From assembly GCA_030265395.1 (NCBI GenBank), contig JARFYF010000029.1, positions 22,247,453 through 22,311,452 on the forward strand: 64,000 nt of DNA. The letters run 5' to 3'. This DNA comes from Rhina ancylostomus. Taxonomy: Eukaryota. A model generated the notes under the pieces. That model searched no databases and had not been told where the DNA came from. It was given only the letters and a program-made list of their open reading frames with translations. The position numbers and the translations under genes were made by a program. This document shows positions 1 through 12,915 of this stretch, in pieces; positions within the stretch are counted from its first letter, which is position 1, and every line of letters begins with the position of its first letter.

Positions 1-292
1 CAAATATCAGGATATCAGTTTAAGGTCAGAGGAGGAAAGTTTAGGGGAGATGTCAGAGGTTTTTTTTACACAGAAAGTGGTGGGTACCAGGAACGCACTA
101 CCAGTGGTGGTGGTAGAGGCTGATACAACAGGGACATTAAAAGACTCTTAGATAGGCATGTGGATATAAGAAAAGTGGAGGGTTATGGGCTATTTAGCAA
201 GGAAGTATTAGATTGATCATGTAAGTTTACATAGGTTGGCACAACATAGTAGGACAAAGGGCCTGTACAGTGCTGTACTGTTCTATGTTCTA
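1..292 (+). mobile_element. CR1-clade LINE 3' end (fragment)
   Basis: Encodes an FFTQ-x-VV...N-x-LP...VVEA-like C-terminus and ends in a CR1-type tail GGGCCTGT...GTGCTGTACTGTTCTATGTTCTA. Confidence 0.8.
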
Positions 293-329
293 ACACACAG
301 TATTGTGGAGTGTGTCTTCAGTTTAAGAT

Positions 330-1180
330 AGTGCTTCGTTTCCTCATTAATACCTCTGCCTTAAATATTCAAAGACTCTGTGTCCACCACACTTTGTGGA
401 AGTTCTACAGATCCTCTGAGATTAAAAGATTCATTTTATCTCAGTCTTAAATGGATGACCCTTTATTTTTAAACAGTGACCCTGACTCTAAATTTTCCCA
501 CAGGAAGAAGCATCCTCTCCACATTCATGCTGTCAATTCTCTCAGTATTTTGAACATTTCAGTCAAGTTACCTTTCATCTAAACTCCAATGGATACGAGC
601 CTAGTCTATCTAACCTTCCCTCATAAGACAAGGCATCCATTCTAGTTATTAGTTTAGAAAGCCCTTGAACTCCTTTCAGTGCATCAATATCCTCTTTTAA
701 ATGAGGAGGTCAGTACAGTATACAGTACTTCAAGTGTCATCTCAGTAATGCCCGATATGATTGAAGCATTACCTCCGTTTGTATTCAATTCCACCCCCCC
801 AACAATAAATCATAATATTCTGTTTACTTTCCTAATTACTTGCTAAACCTGCACACCAGCTTTCTGCAAATCAGTGCTAGGACAGCCAGTTCCCTCTTTT
901 CCTTGGCGTACTGCATTGCCTCATTATATAGATAATATATTTGCTTACTTTTCCTGTCAAAATGAACAACTTCATATTTTCCCATATTATACTCCATTTG
1001 CTAGATCTTTGCCCATGCATCCGATCTATATCCTTTTGTGGCTTCCTTCACAATTGACTTTCCTATCGGCATTACATCAGCAAATTTAGCAGCTGTATCT
1101 TTGGTGCCATTAACCATTTATGTAAGTTATTTAAAAAGTAGACATCCTCACACTGATCCCTCTGGCACGCTGTGCCAACC
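330..1180 (-). mobile_element. CR1-clade LINE, decayed RT to 3' region
   Basis: Reverse strand has a VP-x-GSV-like motif (~1150-1170) and KFAD (rc of CATCAGCAAATTT ~1075), then typical CR1 C-terminal sequence with many disruptions. Confidence 0.7.
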
Positions 1181-1189
1181 TGGAAAAGA

Positions 1190-2025
1190 CTCCCAGAGAT
1201 TGGTGTTAGTTCTCAGATTTTAATAATTCATATAAATGACTTGGATGAAGATACCAAGGTTATGTTTGCTAATGACGAAGGTAGAAAAGTAAGCTGTGAA
1301 GTTGCAAAGGGATATGGTAGGTTAAATGATAAGCAAAGATTGGGGAAAATGTGAAATTCTCCATTTTGGCAGGAAAAATTGAAAAGCAGCACACTATCTA
1401 AATAGTGAGAGATTGCAGAGGGATGTGGGTGTTCTAGTGCATGATTCACAAAAGGCTGGTATCCAGATACTGCATGTAATTAAGAAAGTTACAGAATATC
1501 ATTGTTTATTGTTAGGGGAACTGAATACAAAAGTAGGAGGTTATTCTTCAGTTCTACAAAACATTAGTGAGGATGTTGATGTATTGGAACTAGTTCAGAG
1601 GTTTACCGAATTAGAGCCCGGAATGGGAATCATGTCTTGAGAGGAAAGTTTGGATAGGCTAGGTTTGTATCCACTGGAGGTGACAATTCTAATGTATAAG
1701 ATCCTGAGAGGTCTTGACGTGGTGGATGTAACAAGGTATTTTCTTTTGAGGAAGAATCTAGAACTAGATGTCTCTGTTTAAAAATAAATTTTGCTTGAGG
1801 TGCAATTCCTTCTCCCAAATGTGTGTGAGTTGTTGGAGTTCTCCTCAAAGAGCAGGGTAGGCAGAGATTTTGAATATTTTTAAGGCAGAGGTAGATTGAT
1901 ACTTGATTAGCAAGGTGGCGGAAAGTTACTGCAGGTAAACAGGAATGTAGAATTGAGATTACAGTCAGGTGGCAGACTAGGCTTGAGAGGCCTACTCCTG
2001 TTCCTAACTTGTATGTTCATGTGTT
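1190..2025 (+). mobile_element. CR1-clade LINE, decayed RT to 3' tail
   Basis: HINDLD...MFAND (FADD-like), QRDVGVLVH, LELVQRFT, and a tail CCTACTCCTGTTCCTAACTTGTATGTT. Confidence 0.8.
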
Positions 2026-2914
2026 AGACTAATCTCAAATTTATGTTTTGGTGATCAGACCTGACATCCAGTCCCACTATCCTGGATTAATTTCAATTAG
2101 TGTCCTAACCTTAATTTTCTGAAGTTTACAGTCACTAACTTTATATGTTTTCTTTTAAGGTTGAAACGTCAGGTTTGTCCAAACTTTCAGTATTTATATA
2201 ACCACCTGATATTCCAGAAAAGTGTCTTCATTCATCCTTTGCAGCTCGAACATCTTGGTTGTGTCACAGTGACCAGAATAGAATACTTTGTAACTTCTTC
2301 CAAATGTATTTATTACATACAGATACTACCCCACATGTCAGTTTATCTGTAACACACCCCAGTCTGTGATGCATTTACGATTTTTTTATACATACTCTTT
2401 TTCACTTGCTGTAACTGCGGCCTCTATTATCCTGTAATTACTAAAGTAACTTAAAATATTCCCACTTCAATCAACATCTTAAAAGATGAAGTAAGTAAAC
2501 AAAATAATTAAACCCAAATATTTCAACAAAAACATCCTTAAAGACTAAATTAGATCAATATGTAAATGAAAGCATTTTGGATGATTTCCATGGTACCATA
2601 ATATTCCACATGGCCATCAGATGTTCAAATAGAACATGCAGTTTGTGATTTAACCCAGAGATGAACCTAAGAGGTGATAGGACATCAAAAACAACTTGAA
2701 ATTTAGAAAATTATTTCTGCAGCTGAGGAGAATGTGCAATAGCTGTTAGTGAGATTTCCAAATCTTAAGGTTCTACAAATCTATGATATCAGTGAGATTT
2801 AAATAAAGTATGCTTGGATAGAAAGTGAATTGATTTGCTTCTCTATCAAAGCAGTAACTTTTTCAAATTGGAAAAGGTCCAATAGAAGGATATTTTTTGT
2901 ATTGTTTAATTTTT

Positions 2915-3350
2915 TCAAGAGGTGGACTTTGTTGGCAAGGCAGCATTTATAGCCCATCCCTCATTGTCCTTGAGAATTTGGTGGTGATCTGCCTTTTTAA
3001 GGTGCTGCAATCCTTCCGTTAAATGCATAATGCTGTTGGGTAGGGAGTTCCAGGATATGGATCCAGTGATGATATCGTGATGGCTAAAGACTCAAAGAGG
3101 AACCTTCCAACTGTACCCTTGCACTACAGGCCTTGACCTTGGTAGCAGAGGTTGTGGGTTTGGTGTAGCTCAGGTGAGTAACTGCATGGCAGTTTATAGA
3201 AAGCACACACTGCAGTTACACCGCACCATAAGTGGAGGGAGTAGGGTGGAATTGGTGCCAATCAAGTAGGCTACTTTTTCCTCTATGATGTCAGGTTTCT
3301 TGAGTTTTGTTGAGACTGATCTCATCCAGGTAAGTAAAGCCATCATGCTC
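2915..3350 (-). mobile_element. CR1/L2-group LINE 3' end (same family as 25365-26110)
   Basis: Shares the GGCAAGGCAGCATTTAT-GCCCATCC...CCTTGAGAA...GGTGGTG end and the GGTGAGTAACTGCA block with the copies at 24.6 and 25.4 kb. Confidence 0.65.
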
Positions 3351-4663
3351 AGTCTTAGCTGAGTGTGAGGGATCTGGATTAGTATACGGACTTGGTCATT
3401 TAGTGGAGGGTGATCATGAACTCAGATAGTAATACTCTCCTTTGGTATGTCTCCAGCAGCTGTGCCTCCAAGTCCATAACATCAAAAAGAACATATTTTG
3501 AAGAATTATTCAATTTTTCCTTCAAGAATCAAACTCCCCCTTTTAAGAGCTGTTACCACACCAGATTTTGTAGTTAAACTAAGTATACTACAGACCAAGC
3601 TGTTTGGAAATTTTTACAAGTAGCTTACTTAAATTTTGGGGAAGGTGTTCCATCATAAACATTGGCACAGCTCTCACTTCATACCATAGGCTTGCACCAC
3701 CCCAGTTAGCCTAGTGTTTTTCAATAAACTTATTCACTGTGACTTGGATTTTTCCCTCTCAATTCCCCACACAGAACTATAATGCTAGAAATAGTGACTG
3801 AAATTGTATATATTTTTTTAAAAAGGTGCTTTCATATATAATGTGAAAATATATAAATATATCTCATTATTTAAATCAACTCACTCATACAATTTATAAA
3901 AGGTACACAGCAATAATTTATCCAAAATCTTATTTTAATAGCTTGCCAATTCTATGATAGTTACTACACTGAAGCCATAGGTAGAAAGGTTTTTCCCATA
4001 CGGAGAACCGTCCTAAAGTTGTGATAGTATTGTACTGTTACTATTGGTGCAGAGCCTACATCTCAAATCCTGGAAGCATTTCTGACAAAGAATAAAGCAA
4101 TTCAGCTAATCATGCTTATGCCAGCCTTCAAAGGGCCTATCCAGGGGAATCTCTGTTCCAGTCTTTGGTCCATTGTTGGCCAATAGTTGGCCAGGTGGAT
4201 TATGGCATCTCAAATGATCATCACTGTAAAATGCAGTGAGGATTTCTGCACGGCCACCCTTCTAGGCAGTAACCTCTGGACCTTCATGCCATCTCCGAGG
4301 GGGGGAGGATCCTCAAATAACTTCTAATGCTATCAATTACTTTACATCTATGGCCCTTTGTCATTCACCCATCATTTCAACCCCAGGAGATATTAGGAGG
4401 AGTTCCTCAGTGTGGTATCATGAAGATATCTTGAGTAGGAGATAAATTGCAAATGGGGGTGTGTCAAATAGTGAGGGTTCTATTCATAGCTGTAAATGAG
4501 AGAAAAAATATAAGTTCAAAGTAGGAGAAGGTGCCAGAGATTTAAGAGGCCTGACCAAGGTGTGACGTGGAAATGATGGCCATTAATGACAATCAAGCCA
4601 GTTTTCAAGGGCAGAAAGTAATTTTCAAGTACTGATGTTCTTATTTTTTATCCTTGCATCTCA

Positions 4664-4720
4664 TTGCTAATCTTCTGTGTATCGTTCCAACTTTAGTATA
4701 TGTGATGCCGAAGCGAGCAC
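4664..4720 (-). pseudogene. 3'-truncated U6 snRNA retro-pseudogene (U6 nt 1-56) flanked by a 15-bp TSD
   Basis: The reverse complement GTGCTCGCTTCGGCATCACATATACTAAAGTTGGAACGATACACAGAAGATTAGCA matches vertebrate U6 nt 1-56 with 3 substitutions. Perfect direct repeat TATCCTTGCATCTCA at 4649-4663 and 4721-4735. Confidence 0.93.
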
Positions 4721-6199
4721 TATCCTTGCATCTCAAATCCTTATTTTTGATCACCTTCACTTTTGCCTCTCAATTTAGATAATTCAGAGATCGTATAGAT
4801 TTTATTTTATCTTTTATCTTTATTTCCCACCTCCCCCACAAGCTTTTGACATCTAATTAAGAGAGAAAAACCAAGCTTTTTATCCTCAATTTCCAAGTGG
4901 GGAAAAAAATGGGAAAGTGTGGAGCAGGACATGTGGAAAATGATGTGTAAGGGGTAGTTAATATAAATGCAGGAACTTATGCATTGTGAGGCTATTGAAT
5001 AATGGTGAGTCACTGACATGTGGAGGAAAGGTGCTAGAAGATAAAAATATGAATTGAACTAGCAAGAAATGAGTATAGATTCTGGTGGCTTTATCAAGTG
5101 CTTTCTGGTTCAAACATATAGGCTGGTCAAAGGCATAAAACCTTAATTGTTTTTGGCTATCTCATGGGGTGCAAAGATGGACAGTTTCCTGATAACAAGA
5201 TGAATGGTTAACAATCTGATAGATCAAGGTTCCAAACCAAATCACAACCACCCCAAACCACTGTGCATCAGTTAAGGATATTTATATTCATTTCTCTGAA
5301 TGGGAATCTGATAATTGTGTGAATTTTGCTAGCTATTAATTATGTTAATTTAATTCTGAATAATTCTATTGAGTTAATTCAACATGTTTATGATATAATT
5401 ATATTAAGATCACTAAATTGAAGCCAGTCAGTGACTTTGAAGAAAGAAAGCACAATGTAAATTTAATTGTATTGGCCTAGACGTTCAATTTTGTATTTGT
5501 GATAACTGATTCAGTGAAACAATCCATTTAATAGCCAGATTATTTGAACTCCATTGGAAACAAGTTATTACTGGTACAGTTATGTTTAGTTTGTTAATGT
5601 TTACTATTTGCCCACGTTTCTCTGTGCCATGAGAGAATGCTTTCAGTAGCAAGCATTATCAGAATTAAAAGATGAAAATTAGCTCCTGCTATCTTCCGTC
5701 AGAAATGGAAAGCCATTTAGTTTATTAAAATTGGATTAGAAAATAACTAATTTTGTTTTAATAGGACAAGCAGCAAACCAAGTTTCTATTGTGCAGCAGT
5801 TCATTACTGCTTTATCAGTAAATCAGCTTTGGAAGGAAGAGGAAAATTTATTTTTAAAATGCAGTAAAATGTGAAAATATTTCATTGCTGCATTGTGCAT
5901 ATTTCAGTACCGGCTCAGATGGCTCTCATACAGTTTGAGTTAAATGTTTATGTTTCTAATTAATCCTGACAGAGCCTAATTTTCTTTGCATATAATAAGC
6001 CATGAATATGTTTTCCAATGTCTTGTATCTGCATGAAAACATTAATGTCAATATTTTCTTTATTTGTAAAGCATGGTACAATTGACTTTCCTATTTTAGA
6101 GCAATTAAACCCAGAAATTCTTTGGTACATGGTGAGGCAAATTAAAGAACTGGTACATGGTAGGCCAACCAGTGTTTTATGTGAGCCCAAGCTGCTTAA

Positions 6200-7400
6200 A
6201 ATTCATAATCAGCTGGGGATGGGGGTTTCAATGGTGGTCATAGTTTTGAATGGTTTGGGATTCTGATTCAGAGTTGGGGCTTGATGGGGTAGAGAAGAAC
6301 CAGTGGTGCTCATGCATGTCCCTTTCGAATCTCATTGAAGCAGGCCTCATGTTCATTGTGAAGGCTTGCTGCTCTGAGTGCTTGCACTGTTCTTGGGCTG
6401 TACGTGCATGAATGTAATTTGGGTTGTATGCCATTGAGTGCCACATTACATGTCTGAATGCCTCAGTGCATTAGTGAATCATGTGACTTGAAGATTTGGC
6501 AGAAAAACTGGATCCTTTGATCAACATGGTAAATTCTAGTCCATCATCTCAGATGGTGATTGGTTTTTCCACAGAAATTTGGTTGTGCAGCATGATAGAA
6601 TTTCTAGGCCAATATCACCATCCAAAGATTTGGTAACTGCAAATCATTGCAAAAGGATAGTGATGATTTTCCTTTCCTCAAGCTATGTTTGGTAGTGACT
6701 CAGCTGCTCCCAAAAATATTAGTGTAGTAATTATCAGTTCCAGAGTCTTTTTTTGTGTGCAGTTTAGAATTGTGATTTACTCTGCTTGCGTAATGGATAG
6801 AAAATCCAGGAGGTTGGCTGCTGTTTAAATTCAGTTTGAAAACCCTTAAAGGAGAGAGGCCCTTTAGAAGGCAGGCAAAATGCAGAAGCATAAACCTTCA
6901 AATTCTTTGAAGTCTCAGTGGAGGTGCTCTTGAAACAAATAAGCAACAGGAAGGAGGACGATGAATGCTTGGACAAAACATCATCAAAGGAGAGATTTTG
7001 CTGAGGACGTGAATAGCGCAGGCATTCTTCCCAGAACTGTTCACCATGGAAGAACAAATTTAATGGCTTCACTGTAAATTGCCTCATGTCGTCCAAGGTG
7101 ACGCCCTTCCTCATTCCTCTCTTACTCTCTGTGGAGTACTGAACAAATACAGTATATATTCTCTACAGTCCCTCCTTTTTGGCAATTCTGAAGCCTCTCA
7201 CTTGATCATAATAGAACATTTTGCTGTATCTCCTTTCCTGCTTGTACAGTGTACTTCATTCACTTTGCCACTGAATAACATTATGCTAGCCCTTGCACCT
7301 CTCCAATGTTTACTTATTTTCTTAGACATCTTGAGCTGTTCAGAAGCATGTACAGCAGGGTAAACCCTCCTAAAGATGCACTGTTCTTATTCAAAAGAGC
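6200..7400 (-). mobile_element. Highly decayed DIRS-like (tyrosine-recombinase) retrotransposon relic
   Basis: Minus-strand translations, in the expected order: IMLFSGKVNEVHCTSRKGDTAK (like RNase H HVLxxSDNxxxVxYINRQGGTRS), STETSKNLKVYASAF (like YR SxSTLKVYxAAI), FKGF..PTSWIF, and TYSPRTVQA (like AHSTRAVA). Many stops and frameshifts. Confidence 0.45.
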
Positions 7401-10400
7401 AAAATTTGAAACTTACAGCCCAAAAACTGGGAACTTACACTGAGCTTTAGACCTTTTGCCCGTGTAAAAAGAACAGGAGCAAATGCATTTGGAAACAACT
7501 TCTCAGGAAACATCTCACTGGAGAGTAAACTTGCATACTAGCTCCGTTAATGATGACTGAAGTGCAGATGTCAAGTTCAAACCTGAAACTAAATGTACCT
7601 TTAGTCTTCCAGGAATTGCTCATTCTAGGGGACTTCTACTAATATCAGACAGCGTGAGAAAAGGCTACTTATGTGCGTTTCTGGTACCTGCATAAATTGC
7701 AGTCCAAAGGGTGTGAGGTGATCAATTCTACTAGCATTAGTATCTCTGAGAGTTCATTTTAGGGCCAGTTAGACTGTTTTCATCATCCGTTCTACCATTG
7801 ACGGGGTAAATCAAATTGATAGAGACTTTAGTCAGATCGTAAATTTTTCCATATTATGCAGTTGTGTAGATCAGTGGGAGTGCTGAGCAGCGCCCTGATA
7901 GCAGAGGTAATCATATAATTGGCAGAGAATATGTTCCTATATCTTAGCATGATAGCATAACTGGTTCCTCACCGATAGTGTGTTGTTCAGTGTAGAGGCT
8001 TTAATACAATTGGTGCAGTAGGGAACAGAAAGTTAAATGGGATAATGCTGACCTCACATTGAATTTATACCACAACAATTTATTTTAACTGATGCACAAC
8101 CAGGGTGAAGATAACATTTGTAGATTTTGAGCACCTCTTTTAATTTTTGTTATTTATTATGTTTATGCTTCAATCCTGTTAAGTAATTTCACTGCTAAAT
8201 CTAAACAGCGTTTACATATAGAAAGTTATTAAAGTTATTGCACAGGAGTTATAAGCTGCAACACCAGCAGGTGTTGTTGTCTTTTGTACAACTGAAACAT
8301 CGGGCTGTTGAGCATGAATAAGTTGAGAAAACGTTATTCTTGAATCAGGATTAGTCAATGAAGTGTTATTTCTGGACCAACAATGCATTCAATAAGGGTG
8401 AATGGGAAGTGATTTGGTATGCTGGAATTCTAAACTGAGTTCAAAGTTATGCTTGGAATAGGTGTTTATTTGGTATTGATTTTAAACATAGAGTATGCAT
8501 TTTAAAGAACAATTGTACATTTCTGGTTCAAAAACACAGCATGTATCTAACAAGCTCTTTAATATTTTTTAAAATGAACATTCTTGGAGCTGTTTAAAAA
8601 ATTACATTATAAATTGTTTGCTGTTTGGATCAGGCATGGTTTCTTTAAATAATTGTGCCAAGAACATTCCGTGCCCAATAAAAAAAAACCTTAAATGTGA
8701 TATGCCATTCAAGTATGTTTGCTTTGGGGAAAGTGCAGGTCCCTAACTAAACAATAAGCTGATGCTTGATTGGTGAAAACCTTCATGAGCTTCATCACAC
8801 CATATTTTATTCAGTTACAGGCAACTATATTCAGTGGCAGGTTTTAGCACCACCCATTCATTGTCATGAACCAGGGATACTCATAAGTTAGCTGCTAGTA
8901 AATTATAAGTCTATCCTGCAAATTATGGTTCAAACTAACAAGTTGCAATGGTATTGAAAACATTGAGAGATTGTACCATTAATATTTAACTCATTACAAG
9001 TTTGGATATGTGAATTTTACTTCTCATTCAGATACTTGGGTAAAGGTATAATGTGATTGAGAGTTAATATTCAGTTTGACAATTTTACTGCAAGTTCTGT
9101 ATCAACTCGACTTAGCCTTCTGTTTAACTCAGAATGTTAGTTTTGTCACAGCTTATGTCAAGGAATCTTGAGGCCTATTAGTTTTAATGAAATCAACCCA
9201 ACAAAAAAACACCCAGAGGTGGTTCATACTGGTTAAATGTAACAAAAATGTTTTAAATGGATCCCGAAGATTAGTGGGACATTCTTGGATTTCTACTAAT
9301 GCTGAAGAGTTATCATATTGGCTTTGTTCTAATCTCAAGAAGTTTAGTGGTGAGACTTTGGCAAATATTTAAAAGGGGTCCAGTACTCTAGTTTCAAGCA
9401 AACCCTCGCGTTAGACTACTACCTGCAGCATTGTTTTATGGACATTGGGAAAGATGTTGTGGGTAGTGTCATACAAGTGATACCATTAAGAACTTTAAAT
9501 AGACTATTGAGTTTTTGAATTGAAAGTTCCTAAAAGCCAACAGCTGAGAAAGTGCAAGAGTATATCTGGATCCACGTGGGCAGTACAAGCAACTCCGTAA
9601 CTCCTTAATCAATCAGGTTGAAGAATTGTAAATCTGCAGTACAAGATCAAAGTAACATTGATTTGAGGTTAATTTTATTTAGTAACATAAATTTTCTGTA
9701 TTTGAAGATGCTTTGAAAAATGACTGCATGATTGAAAAATTCCTCACACTACAGACAAAAGTTTATTTTCCACTTGTACAACAGCTACATAAATAATCAC
9801 TGCATGTTGAGAACTTTGTTTTACTTTGATTTAATCTGTTATCTTTATTAAAATTGTAGGATGCCATCAATTTCAGAAGGTAGGCACTCAAGACTAACCA
9901 GGTCTGATCTCATAATTAAGCCTGGTAGTTCAGTGTGACAACTATGGCAGATAAAATTAGCAACACATTTGCTTACTCAGAATAACAGTAAAGATTCAAG
10001 GCACTGTTGATAAATGTAGGAAATTCTAACAAAACACAGATTAAATAATCTGCTGTGCATGATTACTGTGCATCCCTTCAGCTATGATGACTTCTGCATG
10101 CAGCAATATTAATTGCACTGTCGATGGTTATGTGTTGAGTAGGTTGCCCAGTATAGTTGCATCGTTGCACTAAAAAAAGGAGAGGGTGAGTTGCAAAAAA
10201 TATTTGGGAATAGTGTGCTGTGCACCCACCAACTCTGACACAGCAATATAGGTTTTTGTAATAGAAGGAAGAATGTTGTGTACTTGCTGAGAGGCAGGAG
10301 GACTACCAGACACACCAATTATTTAGCACAGAGCCCTGTGCAAACTCTGCAGCATACAACTCAATCAATGCTTTTGTGGAAACAAATGATTCTCACCTTG

Positions 10401-11889
10401 CAACATCCACTGTATTTAAGCAACAGGTATCTAACATTGTTGCAATAGGAGCCTACACTGCTACTACCATAGCTATGGATTCCAGACTTTAAAAGGACTT
10501 TGACGGATTATGGAGACTCCTGAGGCTGCACCATAGTCCACAGATTACAGAACTCCTGTCTCTGGATGATTGTATTCATCCTTCCACCAAATGTACTCTG
10601 CCAGTACCCTTCCTGTTGCCTTTCAGCCAGCTGGAATTGCTGTTTACACTCTAAGATGATGCAGTCTGAAGATAGACCTTCTAGAATTTATGGTCATCCT
10701 TTGAGGTCACCTGCTCTCTCCTCTATTTAAATTCTGCAGCCTTCCACCAGCTCTGCTGCAACCTTGGGTGTAGCTTTGAAGTAGGAGCACTGGGACAGGA
10801 AAAGGAACACAGAATGGGGTCCAAGAAATGCACAAGATTGATTAGCTGAATTTTGCATCAATATGGCAGTACTTAATTTATAAATTTGGTTTGAAATATT
10901 TATTTTCTGGTGGTTTTTATATTTGATTTGTGCCCAAGATGATGTGATGGTCATTGACAGAGAAAATTAAACCAAGTTATTTTTCTCTGGAAGATTCCAG
11001 TAATTTTTCTCAAGCAACAATGCACTGCAGCATCCAGAAAATGACAATCAGAGCCACCGTCTCTTTTGTAGCTACTGATAAAGTGACTGTGCTCTGAGGT
11101 TGGAATTTTATTTGCAATAATTGCCACATTTCAATAGTACCTCTTGGTGAGCTGCAGTCATCTCAAATATTGGTCATTACTCCAGTTCAGGATAGGAAAA
11201 TTACTCCCTGATCACACTCGGCTGATATGGCTCCTCTTTCTTCTCCTCTACCTACTTCCTGTTTTTTTTCTTGATCATACATTAGCCCTAGTATAAAGTG
11301 ATTTGTGCAGAGGCCTTGAAATTAAATAAAACCCACTGCCGCAACACCTCTATGGATCTTTGTAACTTGAAAAAACAACCATAAACAACACTTAAAACAT
11401 AGAATTGAAGGAAAGATCAGAAGAAATAAATTATGAACTAATGCATATTTGTTGATTCCCTTAACAGCATTGGTTGTGGTCTTTCTTATTGCTGAATTTC
11501 ATCTTTGATCCTCAGGGACTACCAAAGAAGGAATATACTAGCTGTCTGAGGTTAAAAGAGATCATTGCCTGAAGCATGGAACATGAAAATGGAAGCATGG
11601 CATAAAATCAGCATTGTACACTGACATCGTGATCTGTTAGCTGAGTACACTTTAGTCTGTTCAGTCTGTGCAAACTAACTACCAACGTGGTTCCCATCAC
11701 TCTGCATCTGAAATATGTGCATGAAGAAAATAAGCTAATATTTAGTAAATAAAATGCTGACATTGGACACTATATTAAAAGTGCCTAGTGCCAGCTATAT
11801 CTGAACATCAGTGTTCTGTTCACAGGTTAGTCAATTGTTATAACTGGGAAGTTACATACCAAATTGAAGAATCTGGAAGATTCTATAAC

Positions 11890-12240
11890 TCAGATAGAAT
11901 CATACCTCTTGGAAATAGGCCAATTGACCCACTGAGTCGACACTGATCACCAAGCATCCATTTTACACTACAATCCTACATAATCCCATTTTATTCCCAA
12001 CATTCCCATCAATTCCTGTCAAGGAAAATTACACTGTCAATGTAAGAGAAACTGGCATTCTAATGGATTCATAGCTACCAATCAATTTTTCAGGAGCCCC
12101 AGCCAATTAACTTTACAAACTGCACATCTTTAGGATGTGGGAGGGAAATGGAGGACTTAGAGGAAACCCACACAGTCACAGGGAAAACATGCAAACTCTG
12201 CACAGATAGTGCCAGAGGTCAAGATTGGACCCAGGTCGCA
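11890..12240 (-). mobile_element. tRNA-derived V-domain SINE (HE1-like) with a CR1-type tail
   Basis: The reverse strand has a B-box-like GACCTGGGTCCAATC, then V-domain GAGTTTGCATGTTTTCCCTGTGACTGTGTGGGTTTCCTC, and a CR1-like 3' tail at ~11890-11950. Confidence 0.7.
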
Positions 12241-12419
12241 TAGCCCATCCATTGATCTAATCAGTCTTAACCTCTTCCAGTCACATGAAATTAGTACCAA
12301 TAACGGAGGCCTGAGAGTGGGTTGAAACCAGAGTATGATGTATTTAATGAGAATCTGTGGCCATGATATGATTCTCCAAATAAAACCTCCCTCATACACT
12401 GCTTACTATTCTGATCTTC

Positions 12420-12915
12420 AAGTCACAGAGACATTAGCATGGGAACAGGCCTTTCAGCCCAGCCCATCCATGCCGACTGAATTGCCTACCTGAGCTAGGC
12501 CCATTTGCCTGCATTTGGCCCATATCCCTCTCGACCTTTTCTATCCATGTACCTGTCCAAATGTATTTTAAATGTTGTAATTGGACACAGCTCTACCACT
12601 TCCTCTGGCAGCTCGTTTCATCTACCCACCACCCTCTGTGTGAAATAGTTGCCCCTCAGGTCTCCTTTAAATATTTCCCCTCTCACTTGAAATCTACGGC
12701 CTCTAGTTTTAGACTCCCTCTACCCTGGGGAGAAAGACCATGATTGTCCGCCTTATCTGTGCCTCTCATGATCTTATATATCTCTTATAAGGCCACCACT
12801 CAGCCTCCAGGGAAAAGGGCCCCAGCCTATCCAGTATCTCCTTATAGCTCAAGCCCTACAGTCCTTGTAACATCCTTGTGAATCTTTTCTGAACCCTTTT
12901 CAACTTAATCCACCT
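12420..12915 (-). mobile_element. CR1-clade LINE 3' end
   Basis: LKRVQKRFTRMLQGL (ORF 12856-13074) followed by a typical CR1 3' region and tail. Confidence 0.85.

Noticed and set aside
6400-6530. DQRIQFF...GIQ...AYNP read as a Gypsy/GIN integrase core
   Set aside because: Spacing is poor and no convincing HHCC or DDE set is present; neighbouring motifs fit a DIRS recombinase better. Both readings are weak.
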